64,000 bases of DNA. It comes from an uncultured Gemmatimonadales bacterium (GTDB taxonomy: Bacteria > Gemmatimonadota > Gemmatimonadetes > Longimicrobiales > Gaopeijiaceae). The notes beneath the pieces were generated by a model that ran no database searches, was not told the DNA's origin, and was given only the letters and a program-made list of their open reading frames with translations. Shown in pieces: positions 48,371 through 58,218 of the stretch. A program made the position numbers and the translations under genes. The DNA is taken from positions 416,001 through 480,000 of the forward strand of contig CAWGKG010000014.1 of NCBI GenBank assembly GCA_963823035.1. The letters are read 5' to 3'. Each line of letters opens with the position of its first letter. Position 1 is the first letter of the stretch.

Positions 48371-51090
48371 CGGAGGAGGAGGGGGGCGGCGGACCTGCAG
48401 GCGCGCCGCGCCTCCTCCGGCGCCTCATGCTGACCCTTCTCGGCGGGGACGCGTGGGGCGCGGAGTTCGTCGCCGAGCTCGACGCGGAATTCGCGCGGCG
48501 TGCGTGGCGGGGTGCCGGACGGAGGATGCGCTCCGCCGGATGGTACCTCCGCCAGTGCGCCTCGCCCGAGACGCTGCACCTGGTCTGGATGGTGCGGAAA
48601 CGCAGACGACGCGCCGCGAGGAGGGGGGAATCGATGACGGGGACGGGTGGAGGCGTGATGCACGCGATCGAGGGGTGGGCGCAGGATCTCCGACAGGCCG
48701 CCAGGGGGCTGAGGCGCGAGTGGCGCTTCACGGCGTTCATCGCGGCTACGCTGTCCCTGGGGATCGGAGGGAATGCGGCGATGTTCGGCGTGGCCGACCG
48801 CCTCTTCCTCCGCGGGCCGGAGCACGTGGCCGCACCCGAGGAGTTGGTGCGTCTCTACCTGCGGTTCGACGAGGAGGGCGTCGGAACACGGATGACCCCG
48901 TGGATTCCCTACCTGACCGCGGAGGCCGTGCGTGTCGCGTCGAGCGGCTTCGCGGGCGTGGCGCTCTACCGCTCCGAGGAGCTCCTGGCCGAGGTGGCGG
49001 GACGCACGCGCCCCATCACGGTGTGCGCGGTGGGTGAGGGCTACTTCTCCCTGCTCGGCACCCTTCCGCACATCGGCCGGTTCTTCGGCGCGATGGGCGC
49101 GGCCCCCACGGAGGACGATGTCGTCGTCTCGTATCGGCTGTGGACGTCCGCGTTCGACGCCGACCCTGCAGTGCTCGGGCGCACGATCGTCCTGGGGGAC
49201 CGACGCCTCACGATCGTGGGGGTCGCGCCGGAGGGGTTCAACGGCCCGGGCCTCGCGCCGATGGACGCGTGGATCCCGCTGGACCGGGCCACCGCCGGGA
49301 GCCACAACTGGAACGCCCTCGGCCGGCTCCCGAGGGGCGTCACGGACGCCACCCCGGCCGCCGCCGACGCGAACGCCATCCACGGGCGCACGGATCCGGG
49401 CCGCTTCTTCGGGTGGGCCCGGGAGGGGACGTTCGCCGCCGCGCCGCTCGCGTCGGACGACGCCGCACGGGAGCCGCCGGAGGCCGCGATCGCGCGGCTC
49501 CTCACGGCAGTGGCCGGTCTGGTCCTCCTCATCGGGATCGCCAACGTCGTGAACCTGCTCGTGGTCCGGGTCACGCGTCGCCGTCGCGAGGTGGCAGTGC
49601 GCCTCGCGCTCGGCGCAAGTCGCGGCCGCCTGGCACGCCTCCTTCTGGCCGAGAGCCTCCTCCTCGCGTTGCTCGCCGGTCTGGCCAGCCTCCCGGTGGC
49701 GTACGGCGCGGGCACGCTCCTGCGCGGGGTACTCCTCTCCGACGTGTCGTGGTCCTCCTCCCCCCTGGGTGGCCGAGTGGCGGTGGTGACCGTGCTGGTG
49801 ACGCTCGTGACCGGCGTCCTGGTGGGCCTGCTTCCGGCGAGGCACGCCGGCCGAACCAACGTGACGGACGGGCTCCGCTCGGCGAGTCGGGGCGGCGGGA
49901 CGAGGCGGCTTCCCCTCCACGCCGCGCTCGCGACGGCCCAGGTCGCTCTGTCGGCCGTGCTCCTCATCGGGGCCGGGCTCTTCCTGCGGAGCTTCTGGAA
50001 CCTCCGGGTCACCGATCTCGGGGTCGACGCGAGTGCGGTCACGGCGGTCTCGCTGCGGTCGCTGGACCCCGAGGCGCTCCGTTCCCCCTCCGAAGAGGAG
50101 CTCGCCGCCTACCTCGGCGCACGCGATGCCGTCGAGGCGGACCCCGACGTGGCCGCCGCCGCGGTCGTGCTCGGCGTGCCCTTCCTCTACAACTTCGGCC
50201 GGAGCATCTCCGTACCCGGGCACGACTCGATCCCGGCGCTCCCGGGAGGCGGTCCCTACCTGAGCGCGGTCACCGCTGGATACTTCGACGCCGTGGGGAC
50301 CTCCTTCGTGCGCGGCCGCGGCTTCACGCCCGATGAGGTCTCCGGCGAGGAGCCGTTGATCGTGGTGAGCGCGTCGATGGCGCGCCTCCTCTGGCCGGGT
50401 GAGGATGCCCTCGGCCGATGCGTTCGCCTCGGCGACGACCGGAGCCCATGCCGGAGGGTCGTGGGGGTCGCGGAGGACGTGCACCGCGTCGGCTACCGTG
50501 AGCCCCCCTCCATGCAGTACTACGTTCCACTCGGCGCCCAGGACGGCTTCGGCGGGTTGGTCCTCGTCCTCAGGCTCCGGAACGCGAAGGCCGGCGCGCT
50601 CGAGCGGATCCGGTCGAGGCTCCAGGGGGTCGATCCGGCCGTCGACTACGTGGAGATGCGGACGCTGCGCTCGGTCCTCGATCCGCAGGTCCGCCCCTGG
50701 CGCATGGGCGCGTGGGTCCTGGGGATGGCGGCGCTGGTCGCCCTCCTGGTCTCCGTGGTCGGCGTGTACGGCGTGCTCTCCTATCTGGTCGAGCAGCGCC
50801 GCCGCGAGCTCGGCGTGCGGATCGCGCTCGGCGCGTCCACGCTCGGCATCCGCGGGCTGGTGGTCCGTCGCGCGCTGGTCTCGGCCCTGGCCGGATGCGC
50901 GGTGGGCATCGCCTTCGTGTTGGCCGCCTCACCGTGGGTGCAGCCGCTGCTCTTCGAGACGCCCGCCTACGACGTCCGGGTGCTGGGCGGGGTCGTGGCG
51001 GTGCTGCTACTGTGCGCATCGCTGGCGAGCCTGCTTCCGGCCGAGCGGGCGGCGCGTGTGGATCCGGCGCGGACGCTCTCGGCGGAGTGA
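48367..51090 (+). CDS. ADOP-type duplicated orphan ABC permease 2
   Basis: TLSLGIGGNAAMFG, IANVVNLL, REVAVRLALGA, RAARVDP; ATGA coupling to PadR. Confidence 0.9.
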   Translation: MTEEEGGGGPAGAPRLLRRLMLTLLGGDAWGAEFVAELDAEFARRAWRGAGRRMRSAGWYLRQCASPETLHLVWMVRKRRRRAARRGESMTGTGGGVMHAIEGWAQDLRQAARGLRREWRFTAFIAATLSLGIGGNAAMFGVADRLFLRGPEHVAAPEELVRLYLRFDEEGVGTRMTPWIPYLTAEAVRVASSGFAGVALYRSEELLAEVAGRTRPITVCAVGEGYFSLLGTLPHIGRFFGAMGAAPTEDDVVVSYRLWTSAFDADPAVLGRTIVLGDRRLTIVGVAPEGFNGPGLAPMDAWIPLDRATAGSHNWNALGRLPRGVTDATPAAADANAIHGRTDPGRFFGWAREGTFAAAPLASDDAAREPPEAAIARLLTAVAGLVLLIGIANVVNLLVVRVTRRRREVAVRLALGASRGRLARLLLAESLLLALLAGLASLPVAYGAGTLLRGVLLSDVSWSSSPLGGRVAVVTVLVTLVTGVLVGLLPARHAGRTNVTDGLRSASRGGGTRRLPLHAALATAQVALSAVLLIGAGLFLRSFWNLRVTDLGVDASAVTAVSLRSLDPEALRSPSEEELAAYLGARDAVEADPDVAAAAVVLGVPFLYNFGRSISVPGHDSIPALPGGGPYLSAVTAGYFDAVGTSFVRGRGFTPDEVSGEEPLIVVSASMARLLWPGEDALGRCVRLGDDRSPCRRVVGVAEDVHRVGYREPPSMQYYVPLGAQDGFGGLVLVLRLRNAKAGALERIRSRLQGVDPAVDYVEMRTLRSVLDPQVRPWRMGAWVLGMAALVALLVSVVGVYGVLSYLVEQRRRELGVRIALGASTLGIRGLVVRRALVSALAGCAVGIAFVLAASPWVQPLLFETPAYDVRVLGGVVAVLLLCASLASLLPAERAARVDPARTLSAE

Positions 51091-51099
51091 GCTTCGCGG

Positions 51100-51219
51100 G
51101 CGGCCTCTGCATCCTTGTTTTCACCACGGAGGACGCAGTGGACGCAGAGAACCGCATCTGTTGAAAACTTCTCTGCGGCCTCTGCGTCCTCTGTGGTGAA
51201 AAAACCAGCGTCCTCCGTG
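51100..51219. repeat. Gene-less copy of the GxxExxY-associated repeat (inverted pair plus two partial arms)
   Basis: TTTTCACCACGGAGGACGCAGTGGACGCAGAGAA (51118-51151) and TTCTCTGCGGCCTCTGCGTCCTCTGTGGTGAAAA (51169-51202). Confidence 0.92.
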
Positions 51220-51262
51220 CCGCGAGGATGGATCCGCGCCGGACCGACCGGTTCGCCCCCGC

Positions 51263-52798
51263 CTACCTGCTGCTCGTAGCCGCCGCCCCGCCCTTCCTCG
51301 GCATCATCTCCTCCCGCTGCGCGAGCGCGTAGACCGTAGCGGCGACGATGACGGCCGCCTGCTTCAGGTCGTCGAGCACCAGATGGTCGTAGGAGTCGAG
51401 CGTCGTGTGGTGCGTGTTCAGCGAGTACTCGATCGGATCCTGGATGAAGTTGAAGCCGGGGATCCCGGCCGCGTCGAAGGACAGGTGGTCGGTGCCGCCC
51501 GTGTTGCCGTGCTTCACGGCCACCACGCCGAGGTCACGGAACGGCCAGAGGATCTGCTCGAACACGGGGATCGCCTTCTCGTTGGACTGATCCCAGATGC
51601 CACGGATGCGGCCGGTGCCGTTGTCCACGTTCACGTACGCGGAGATCTTCGCGTACATCTCGGGATGCTTCTCCACCCAGCCGCGCGAGCCGAGCAGCCC
51701 CTGCTCCTCCCCGCTCCACAGCGCGATACGCACGGTGCGCCGCGGCTGCAGGCCGAGCGTCTTCAGGATGCGCATCGCCTCCATCATCACGACCGAGCCG
51801 GCGCCGTTGTCGGTCGCTCCTCCGGCGAAGTGCCAGGAGTCGAGGTGCGCGCCGAGCATGATGTACTCGTCCGCCTTGTCGGTCCCCGGGATCTCGGCGA
51901 GGGTGTTGTACTGCTGGAGGTCGTCCTCGAAGAAGGTGTTCTTCACGTTCAGCTCGATCTCGACGGGCGTGCCGCCCTCGAGGTCGCGCCAGATCTGGTT
52001 GTACTGCTCGCGGGAGACGATCACCTGCGGCAGACCCTCGGGGGCCCCGGCCTCACGGCTGCCGTTGCCGCCCCCGCGGATCACGCCGTCGTTCGCGCCG
52101 GAGATGCGCAGCATCGCGAGCGCTCCCTCCTTCTCCGCCATCTCCGCCGCCGCGTTGGCCGCCTCGCGGGCGGCACGGTAGCGCGCGTACATCGCCTCGC
52201 GCTCCTGGTCCGTCATCTGCGGCCGCTCGCTCGGCTCCGGCGGCGTGAGCAGGCTCTCGAGCGAGGCGCGCCGTTCGATGTCCTGGAACAGGTCCACGTC
52301 CTGCGGCTGGTCGACCAGGAGGATCTTCCCCTTCAGTTGGCCCCGGAACTGTGCGAGGTCCTCCGCGCTCTCGACGCGCACGGCCATCGCCTGCCCGCGG
52401 ACGCTCCCCTTCGTGCTCCCCGTCCACGCGGACGGCACGCCCGGCATGGCCTGCTCGAAGGGCGACAGGATCCGCCCCTCGTAGTCCTCCATCTGCCAGC
52501 CTCGGCCGAACTCCCCCCACGGCTCCACCTGCACGTTCGCCAGCCCCCAGTCGCGGAAGGTCTGCGCCGTCCACTCGTTCGCCTGCTTCATCCCGGGCGA
52601 CCCCGTGAGGCGCGGCCCGATCACCTCGGTGAGGTGGTGCGCCATCTCCGGTATGTGTGAATGCTCGAGACCCTCCTGGCGGATACGCTGCACGACGCCG
52701 AGGTCGACGGCTTCGCGCGCCACCTGCGCGGTCGCGGCGCCGGGCACGGCGAAGAGGAGAAGAAGGACAGGTACGAAGCGGGAAGGACGGACACGCAT
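51263..52798 (-). CDS. Secreted M28 metallopeptidase (carboxypeptidase Q-like)
   Basis: IGPRLTGS, GAHLDSW, GATDNG, GEEQGL, GTDH. Confidence 0.92.
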   Translation of the reverse strand: MRVRPSRFVPVLLLLFAVPGAATAQVAREAVDLGVVQRIRQEGLEHSHIPEMAHHLTEVIGPRLTGSPGMKQANEWTAQTFRDWGLANVQVEPWGEFGRGWQMEDYEGRILSPFEQAMPGVPSAWTGSTKGSVRGQAMAVRVESAEDLAQFRGQLKGKILLVDQPQDVDLFQDIERRASLESLLTPPEPSERPQMTDQEREAMYARYRAAREAANAAAEMAEKEGALAMLRISGANDGVIRGGGNGSREAGAPEGLPQVIVSREQYNQIWRDLEGGTPVEIELNVKNTFFEDDLQQYNTLAEIPGTDKADEYIMLGAHLDSWHFAGGATDNGAGSVVMMEAMRILKTLGLQPRRTVRIALWSGEEQGLLGSRGWVEKHPEMYAKISAYVNVDNGTGRIRGIWDQSNEKAIPVFEQILWPFRDLGVVAVKHGNTGGTDHLSFDAAGIPGFNFIQDPIEYSLNTHHTTLDSYDHLVLDDLKQAAVIVAATVYALAQREEMMPRKGGAAATSSR

Positions 52799-52886
52799 GG
52801 CTCGGTCCTCGGTGGAGGAAGGCAGGTCGATGGACGGCAAACCGCCTGCATGGGGCAATCTCGGACCCCTCCGCGGGATGCGCCAC

Positions 52887-52907
52887 CCGGGAGGTCGACC
52901 CTCCCGG
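52887..52907. terminator. GC-rich hairpin between the TPR gene and the M28 gene
   Basis: CCGGGAGG-TCGAC-CCTCCCGG; no clear U-tract. Confidence 0.35.
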
Positions 52908-52976
52908 AGGCTCTCCATCGGGTGAAACTCCTGTGCCTGAGGATCGGTTCCGCCCGGCCGCAAACGCGATCCCGCG

Positions 52977-55211
52977 TCAGTCAGGGTCGGCGCGCCGGGC
53001 GCGGTACGCCTCGATCCGCGGCTCGAGTTCCTGGATGAGCTGCGCCATTTCCATCTCCCGTGCCACCGCCAGCGCCTCTTCGGCGGTGCGCACCGCGTCC
53101 TCGAAGCGCCCCATGTTCGCGTAGGCCGCGGCGAGGATGTGCAGGACGGTCGGATCCCGTCGGTCGGTCCCCCTCAGCAACGGCTCGACGAGCTGGACGG
53201 CGGCGTTCGCGTTTCGGAACCGCAGATCCGGACACATCGCCCGGATCGTGGCCAGGCGTTTCGTCAGCTCGGCGGCCGCGGACGGGTCCTGCGCATATTT
53301 CAGGGCCGTCTGGTAGTGCTCGATGGCCTTCGCCCATTCGCCGTCGATCTCCGCGCGTCCGCCGAGATAGAGCTGGAGCCGCACGCTCCCCGGGTAGCGC
53401 GCGACGAGATACTCGAAGTGCACCTTCGCTTCTTCGTGTCGTCCCTCCCGGGCCAGGAGATCCCCCAGCTGCAGGCGCGCGGCCAGGTGCCCGGGAACCT
53501 CGTCCACGATGCTCTCGTAGTCCGCGATCGCCTCGTCGGTCCGGCCCAGCTCCTCGAGCGTCAGGCCCATCCTGTAGCGGTCGTCCGGCGTGGCGACGTC
53601 GTGCGTCACGAGGGCCCGCCAGTACGCGAGGGCCTCCTCGTAGCGTCCGAGTCGGTGCATCGCCACGGCGAGGTTGCCCATCGCCTGGTAGTTGTCCGGC
53701 TTGTGGTCCAGCGACTCCCGGAAGTGCTCGATCGCCTCGTCGATCAGCGGCTGTCGCATCCGGTCCATCCCGTCGGCGACCTGCGCGTCGCGATCCGGGG
53801 TCAGCCCGCGCAGGCGCTTGGCGAGGTCGTCCAGCTCCGCGGTCGGCGAGGTCTCGAGCAGGTCGGCGGCATGGCCGGGATCGCCTCGCCGGACCAGATC
53901 GGCCGCGTCACCAAGCCGTCCGTGATCGCGCAGGAAGACCACTCCGAGGTTGTTGTACGCCATCCAGGCATCGGGATTGTCGGCGATGGTCCTCCGCCAG
54001 AGCGCCTCCTCGCTGGCGTACTTCTGCCCCTCCCTCCAGGAGAGGCCGGCGAAGCCGACCAGGATCGCGCCGGCGAGCACCTGCCCGGCGCGCCGCTTCC
54101 CGACGTGTCGGGCCAGGGGAGCGACCACGAGTGCGATGAGGCCGATGCTCGCGAGGTAGCCGAAGTGGTCCGCTACGAACGAGTACACCATGGGCCAATA
54201 GTCCACGAAGCCCAGTGCCGGGAAGAGGGTCACCACGAAGAACGCCACGGCGATCGCCGGTCCCCGTCGGCCGCGGAAGAACGCAATCAGCGTGGCGATC
54301 CCCAACGCGAGCACCACGATGATCGTCCCGTAGGACTGCCAGTCGCCGGCGTCGATCGTCCACCGCGGATAGATGAAGATGAGCGGGTAGGGTATCAGCA
54401 GCTTGAGAGGATAGTGCAGCAGCGACCTGGATGCGATCAGGCAGCGCTCCAGGAAGCTGAAGTCGAAGTCGGCTCCCACCGCCCCCACGCGCACCCGCTC
54501 GAGGTAGGCCGTATGCACGGCCGCGGCGAAGCCGATGATGAACATCGGCACCAGGGGCAGGAGTCGCATGAGCCCGAGCTGCTGGCGGCGCAGGATCATC
54601 AGCAGGATCAGGGCGGCGGGAAGCGAGCTCGTGACCGACTTGGAGAGCAACGCCAGGACGAACAACAGCAGGGACAGCGCGTAGAAGCCCCACGCGCGAG
54701 GCGGCGCCTCGGTGGTGGCTTCCTCATCCCGCATCGGATCGAAGCGGAGATACGCCAGCGTCGCCAGCATGTAGAAGAACCCCGACAGCACGTTCTTCCG
54801 CTCGGTGATCCACGCCACGGACTCGACGTTCATCGGGTGCAGCGCGAAGACCGCGCCGATCATCCACGCCCCGGGTATGCCGAGCAGGAGCATGATCCTC
54901 CACAGCAGCAGGGCGTTGGCGATGTGCAACACGACGTTGACGACGTGATATCCGCGCGGGTTCAGCCCCCAGAGGTGGTATTCGGCCCAGAAGGTCGTGA
55001 ACACGGCCGGGTAGTACTGGTGGGTCTGGCCGGGCTCCCAGAGTTGCACGAGTCCTGCGTCGGTGCGCAGCAGGGCATTGTTGGTGACGTAGTCGTCGTC
55101 GTCCCAGATGAACCCGCCGTCGATGGCCGGGCGGTAGGCGATGACCGTGATGAGGACGATGGCGACGACGCCGAGCCCGAGGAGGCGGCGCTTCGAGCCG
55201 AGGTTAGGCAT
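52977..55211 (-). CDS. TMTC-like GT-C membrane glycosyltransferase with C-terminal TPR repeats
   Basis: GFIWDDDDYV, YYPAVFTTF, FALHPMNVESVAWITERKNVL, multiple TMs, TPRs. Confidence 0.85.
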   Translation of the reverse strand: MPNLGSKRRLLGLGVVAIVLITVIAYRPAIDGGFIWDDDDYVTNNALLRTDAGLVQLWEPGQTHQYYPAVFTTFWAEYHLWGLNPRGYHVVNVVLHIANALLLWRIMLLLGIPGAWMIGAVFALHPMNVESVAWITERKNVLSGFFYMLATLAYLRFDPMRDEEATTEAPPRAWGFYALSLLLFVLALLSKSVTSSLPAALILLMILRRQQLGLMRLLPLVPMFIIGFAAAVHTAYLERVRVGAVGADFDFSFLERCLIASRSLLHYPLKLLIPYPLIFIYPRWTIDAGDWQSYGTIIVVLALGIATLIAFFRGRRGPAIAVAFFVVTLFPALGFVDYWPMVYSFVADHFGYLASIGLIALVVAPLARHVGKRRAGQVLAGAILVGFAGLSWREGQKYASEEALWRRTIADNPDAWMAYNNLGVVFLRDHGRLGDAADLVRRGDPGHAADLLETSPTAELDDLAKRLRGLTPDRDAQVADGMDRMRQPLIDEAIEHFRESLDHKPDNYQAMGNLAVAMHRLGRYEEALAYWRALVTHDVATPDDRYRMGLTLEELGRTDEAIADYESIVDEVPGHLAARLQLGDLLAREGRHEEAKVHFEYLVARYPGSVRLQLYLGGRAEIDGEWAKAIEHYQTALKYAQDPSAAAELTKRLATIRAMCPDLRFRNANAAVQLVEPLLRGTDRRDPTVLHILAAAYANMGRFEDAVRTAEEALAVAREMEMAQLIQELEPRIEAYRARRADPD

Positions 55212-55341
55212 CACGTGCTTTCATTTGCGCGAGGAAGTCCCACCACCGCCATCGCGTCGCCGTAGGAGTAGAAGCGATAGTCCCCGCCAATGGCCTCGGC
55301 GTACGCCGCCATCACGCGCTCGTAGCCGCCGAGCGCGGCGA
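55211..55341 (-). pseudogene. queA: Displaced duplicate of the queA 3' end
   Basis: 55241-55341 matches 58236-58336 at 100/101 nt; reads [42 protein letters not shown]. Confidence 0.93.
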
Positions 55342-55345
55342 GCGC

Positions 55346-55367
55346 GCCGACATCGCTGAATGTCGGC
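55346..55367. other. 8-bp hairpin at the cassette/duplication junction
   Basis: GCCGACAT-CGCTGA-ATGTCGGC directly between the permease stop and the queA duplicate. Confidence 0.6.
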
Positions 55368-55371
55368 CCAC

Positions 55372-57840
55372 TCAGCTCTCGCGCAAGCTCTCCATCGGGT
55401 CGACCGCGGCCGCACGCCGCGCGGGGATCCATACGGCAAGGAGGGCGGCGCCGACCATGACGACCGGTACCAGCCCGAATGTGAGTGGATCGAGCGGCGT
55501 CACCCCGTACAGCAGGCCGGAGAGCGCCCTCGTCGATGCCGCGGCCAGGAGGACGCCCGCCAGGGCGCCCGGCACGGTCACCCGGAGCGCGCCGCCCAGC
55601 ACGCCCGCGCCGATGGTCCCCCGGCCCGCGCCGAGCGCGATCCGCACGCCGATCTCGCGGCGGCGCTCGCGCACCGTGTGAGCGGCCAGGCCATAGACGC
55701 CCATGCAGCCGAGGAGGAGGGTGACCAGCGCGAACGACAGGAGCACCCATGCCGTGAAGCGCGTCCCCGCGGCCGACTCTCCCATGAGGTCGGCATACGC
55801 CGTCACATGGCTGACCGGAAGACGCGCGTCCACCCCGGCGACGGCCCTCCGCACACCAGGGACCACCGCACCGCCCGGAAGAGCGGATGCGACCACGAGC
55901 ACGACATCGGGCGTGGGCCGCTGGGCGAGCGGTACGTACCAGCGTGGCTGCCTGGACGCGGTCAGGTCGTCGTCCGCGACCGAGCCGACCACGCCGACGA
56001 CCTCGATCCAGGGCGCGCCAGCCCACGGGTAGCGTATCCGCCGCCCGAGGGCGCCCTCTTCGGGCCAGTACGTCCGCGCCATACGCGCGTCGACCACGGC
56101 CACGAGCCGGGAGCCCTCCCGATCGGCGTCCGTGAAAGCCCGGCCCTCGAGCACCGGGATCCCCATCACGTCGAAGTAGCCCGCACCGACCCGATCGACG
56201 TCGATGACCGGGAGCTCGTTCGGGTTCGTGGTCACGTCCTCGATGAAGGTGGCGTAGGCCTCCTGCACGGGACCGAAGGGGATCGACCCGGCGAGCGCGG
56301 CGCCCTCCACCCCGGGGACGGCCCGCACGCCCTCCACCAGGGATGGGTACACGGACTCCGTGGCGGACGGGTCGTACGTCGAGGGGAACGTCACCTGGGC
56401 CGTGACCAGGCGGTCCGGCTCGAAGCCCGGATCCACCCCACCCAGCGCCGCGAGGGTACGCACCAGCAGGGCCGCGGAGGTGACCAGCACGACCGCAGCG
56501 GCCACCTGTGCGCCGACCAGAAGCCCGCTCAACCGCCTGCGGTGCACCCCGGGACCGCCGCCCCGCCCGCCGACCCGCATGGCCGCCCCCGGATCACGCC
56601 GGGCGGCACGGACCGCGGGCACCAGGCCCGCCACCAGCCCCGCGAGTAGGCCGACCGCGACGGAGACGGCCAGCACGCGCCCGTCCACGCCCAGCTCCTC
56701 GGCGCGCGGCAGCCGGCCGACCAGGAAGGGGCGCAGCACCGCCAGCCCGCCCCGCGCCGCCAGGACGCCGAGGAGCGCACCGGCCAGCCCGAGGAGCGTG
56801 CTCTCCGCGAGCGCCTCCCGCACGACGCGCGCACGGCTCGCACCGAGCGCTGTGCGCACGGCCACCATCTGACCCCGCTCGAGCGCACGCGCCACCAGCA
56901 GCGACGACACGTTCGCGCACACCACCAGGAGGACGACGCCCACCGCCGCGATGAGGATCAGGAGCGTGGCGCGCACGTCGCCGACGAGCGCGTCGCGCAG
57001 CGGGGTCACCTCGGACGGGCGCCGATACCCCGGACCCGGCGTCCAGACGGGTTGGAGGCAGCGATCTCAGGTGCGAAGCCGCGCAGCTCCGCCTGGGCGG
57101 ACGCCGCGGTCGCCCCGGGCGCCAGTCGTCCGACCGCGCGCACGTTGCCGCTCCCCCAGAACGGACCGGCCTGCGTCGGGTCCCAGTCGAGCGGGATCCA
57201 CAGGCGATCGGCCGGGTCCGGGAACGACCAGCTCGAGGGAAGCACGCCCACCACCTCGTAGGGTCGCCCGTCGAGGGTGATCGAGCGGCCCACCACGCCC
57301 GGATCGGCCGCGAACATCGTGCGCCAGAGCTCTTCCCCGAGGATCGTGACCTGGCCGCGTCCCGGCTCGGCCTCCTCCGGCGTGAACAGGCGTCCGACCA
57401 GGGGACGGGCGCCCATCAGGTCGAAGAGCCCGGGCTCGACGAAGGTGGTGGCCACGCGGTGGGCCTCGCCATCGTGCTCGAGGTTCACGCCCGCGCCTCC
57501 GTCCACGTAGCCGCGCGCGTCCACCAGCGTGCTCGAGCGCGTCCGGATCGCGCCGAGCTCGGCGCGGGACATCCCCGCCCACACGCTCACCAGGCGCGTG
57601 GCGTCGGTGAACGGCAGGCTCCGGAGCAGCACGCCGTCGACCATCGTGAAGACCAGTGCGCTCGCCCCGATCCCCACGCCCAGGGTGAGCACGACCACGG
57701 CGCTCAGGGTGGGCGCGCGCAGGAGGGAGCGTGCGGCGCGTTTCAGGTCGACCGTCGATCCGGAGAGCGGCCTGCCGAGCGAGGCGGCAACGCGTAGCCA
57801 GCGGGCGGAAGGTCCGGCGTCCCTCCCCTCGGGGGCTCAT
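55372..57840 (-). CDS. ADOP-type duplicated orphan ABC permease 3 (apparent frameshifts near 57825 and 57035)
   Basis: [13 protein letters not shown]...[40 protein letters not shown]. Confidence 0.85.
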
Positions 57841-58163
57841 GCCCGTCCCTCCCGCAGATCTTCGAGCCCTTCCCAGAGACGCTCGTACGCCCTGCGGGCC
57901 TCCAGCACGCGCTCGACCCCCACAGGGGTCACCGTGAAGTAGCGACGCTCACGCGAGCCCCCGTCCCCCTCGCGCATCTCCGAGCGAACCAACGCCTTCT
58001 CCTCGAGCCTGCGCAGCACGATATAGACGGCGGCCAGCGTGGTCGGGCGGCCCGTGCGCTCCTCCAACTCGGTGACGATGGGCGCCGTGTAGGCCCCCTC
58101 GCCGAGGCGGAGGACCGCGAGGAGGATCTGATGCTCCAGCTCGCCCAGCAGGTCCCTTCCCAT
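57837..58163 (-). CDS. PadR-family transcriptional regulator 3
   Basis: LGELEHQILLAVL...AAVYIVLRRLEEK...RRYFTVT. Confidence 0.92.
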   Translation of the reverse strand: MGRDLLGELEHQILLAVLRLGEGAYTAPIVTELEERTGRPTTLAAVYIVLRRLEEKALVRSEMREGDGGSRERRYFTVTPVGVERVLEARRAYERLWEGLEDLREGRA

Positions 58164-58181
58164 CCTCACCCCCCGGTCGCG

Positions 58182-58218
58182 GTAGTCCAACAATGTTTTC
58201 TAACAAAGTTGACACTAC
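58182..58218. promoter_or_regulatory. Putative PadR-3 operator (tandem palindromes)
   Basis: AACAATGTT (58189-58197) and AACAAAGTT (58202-58210) inside GTAGT...ACTAC. Confidence 0.65.
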
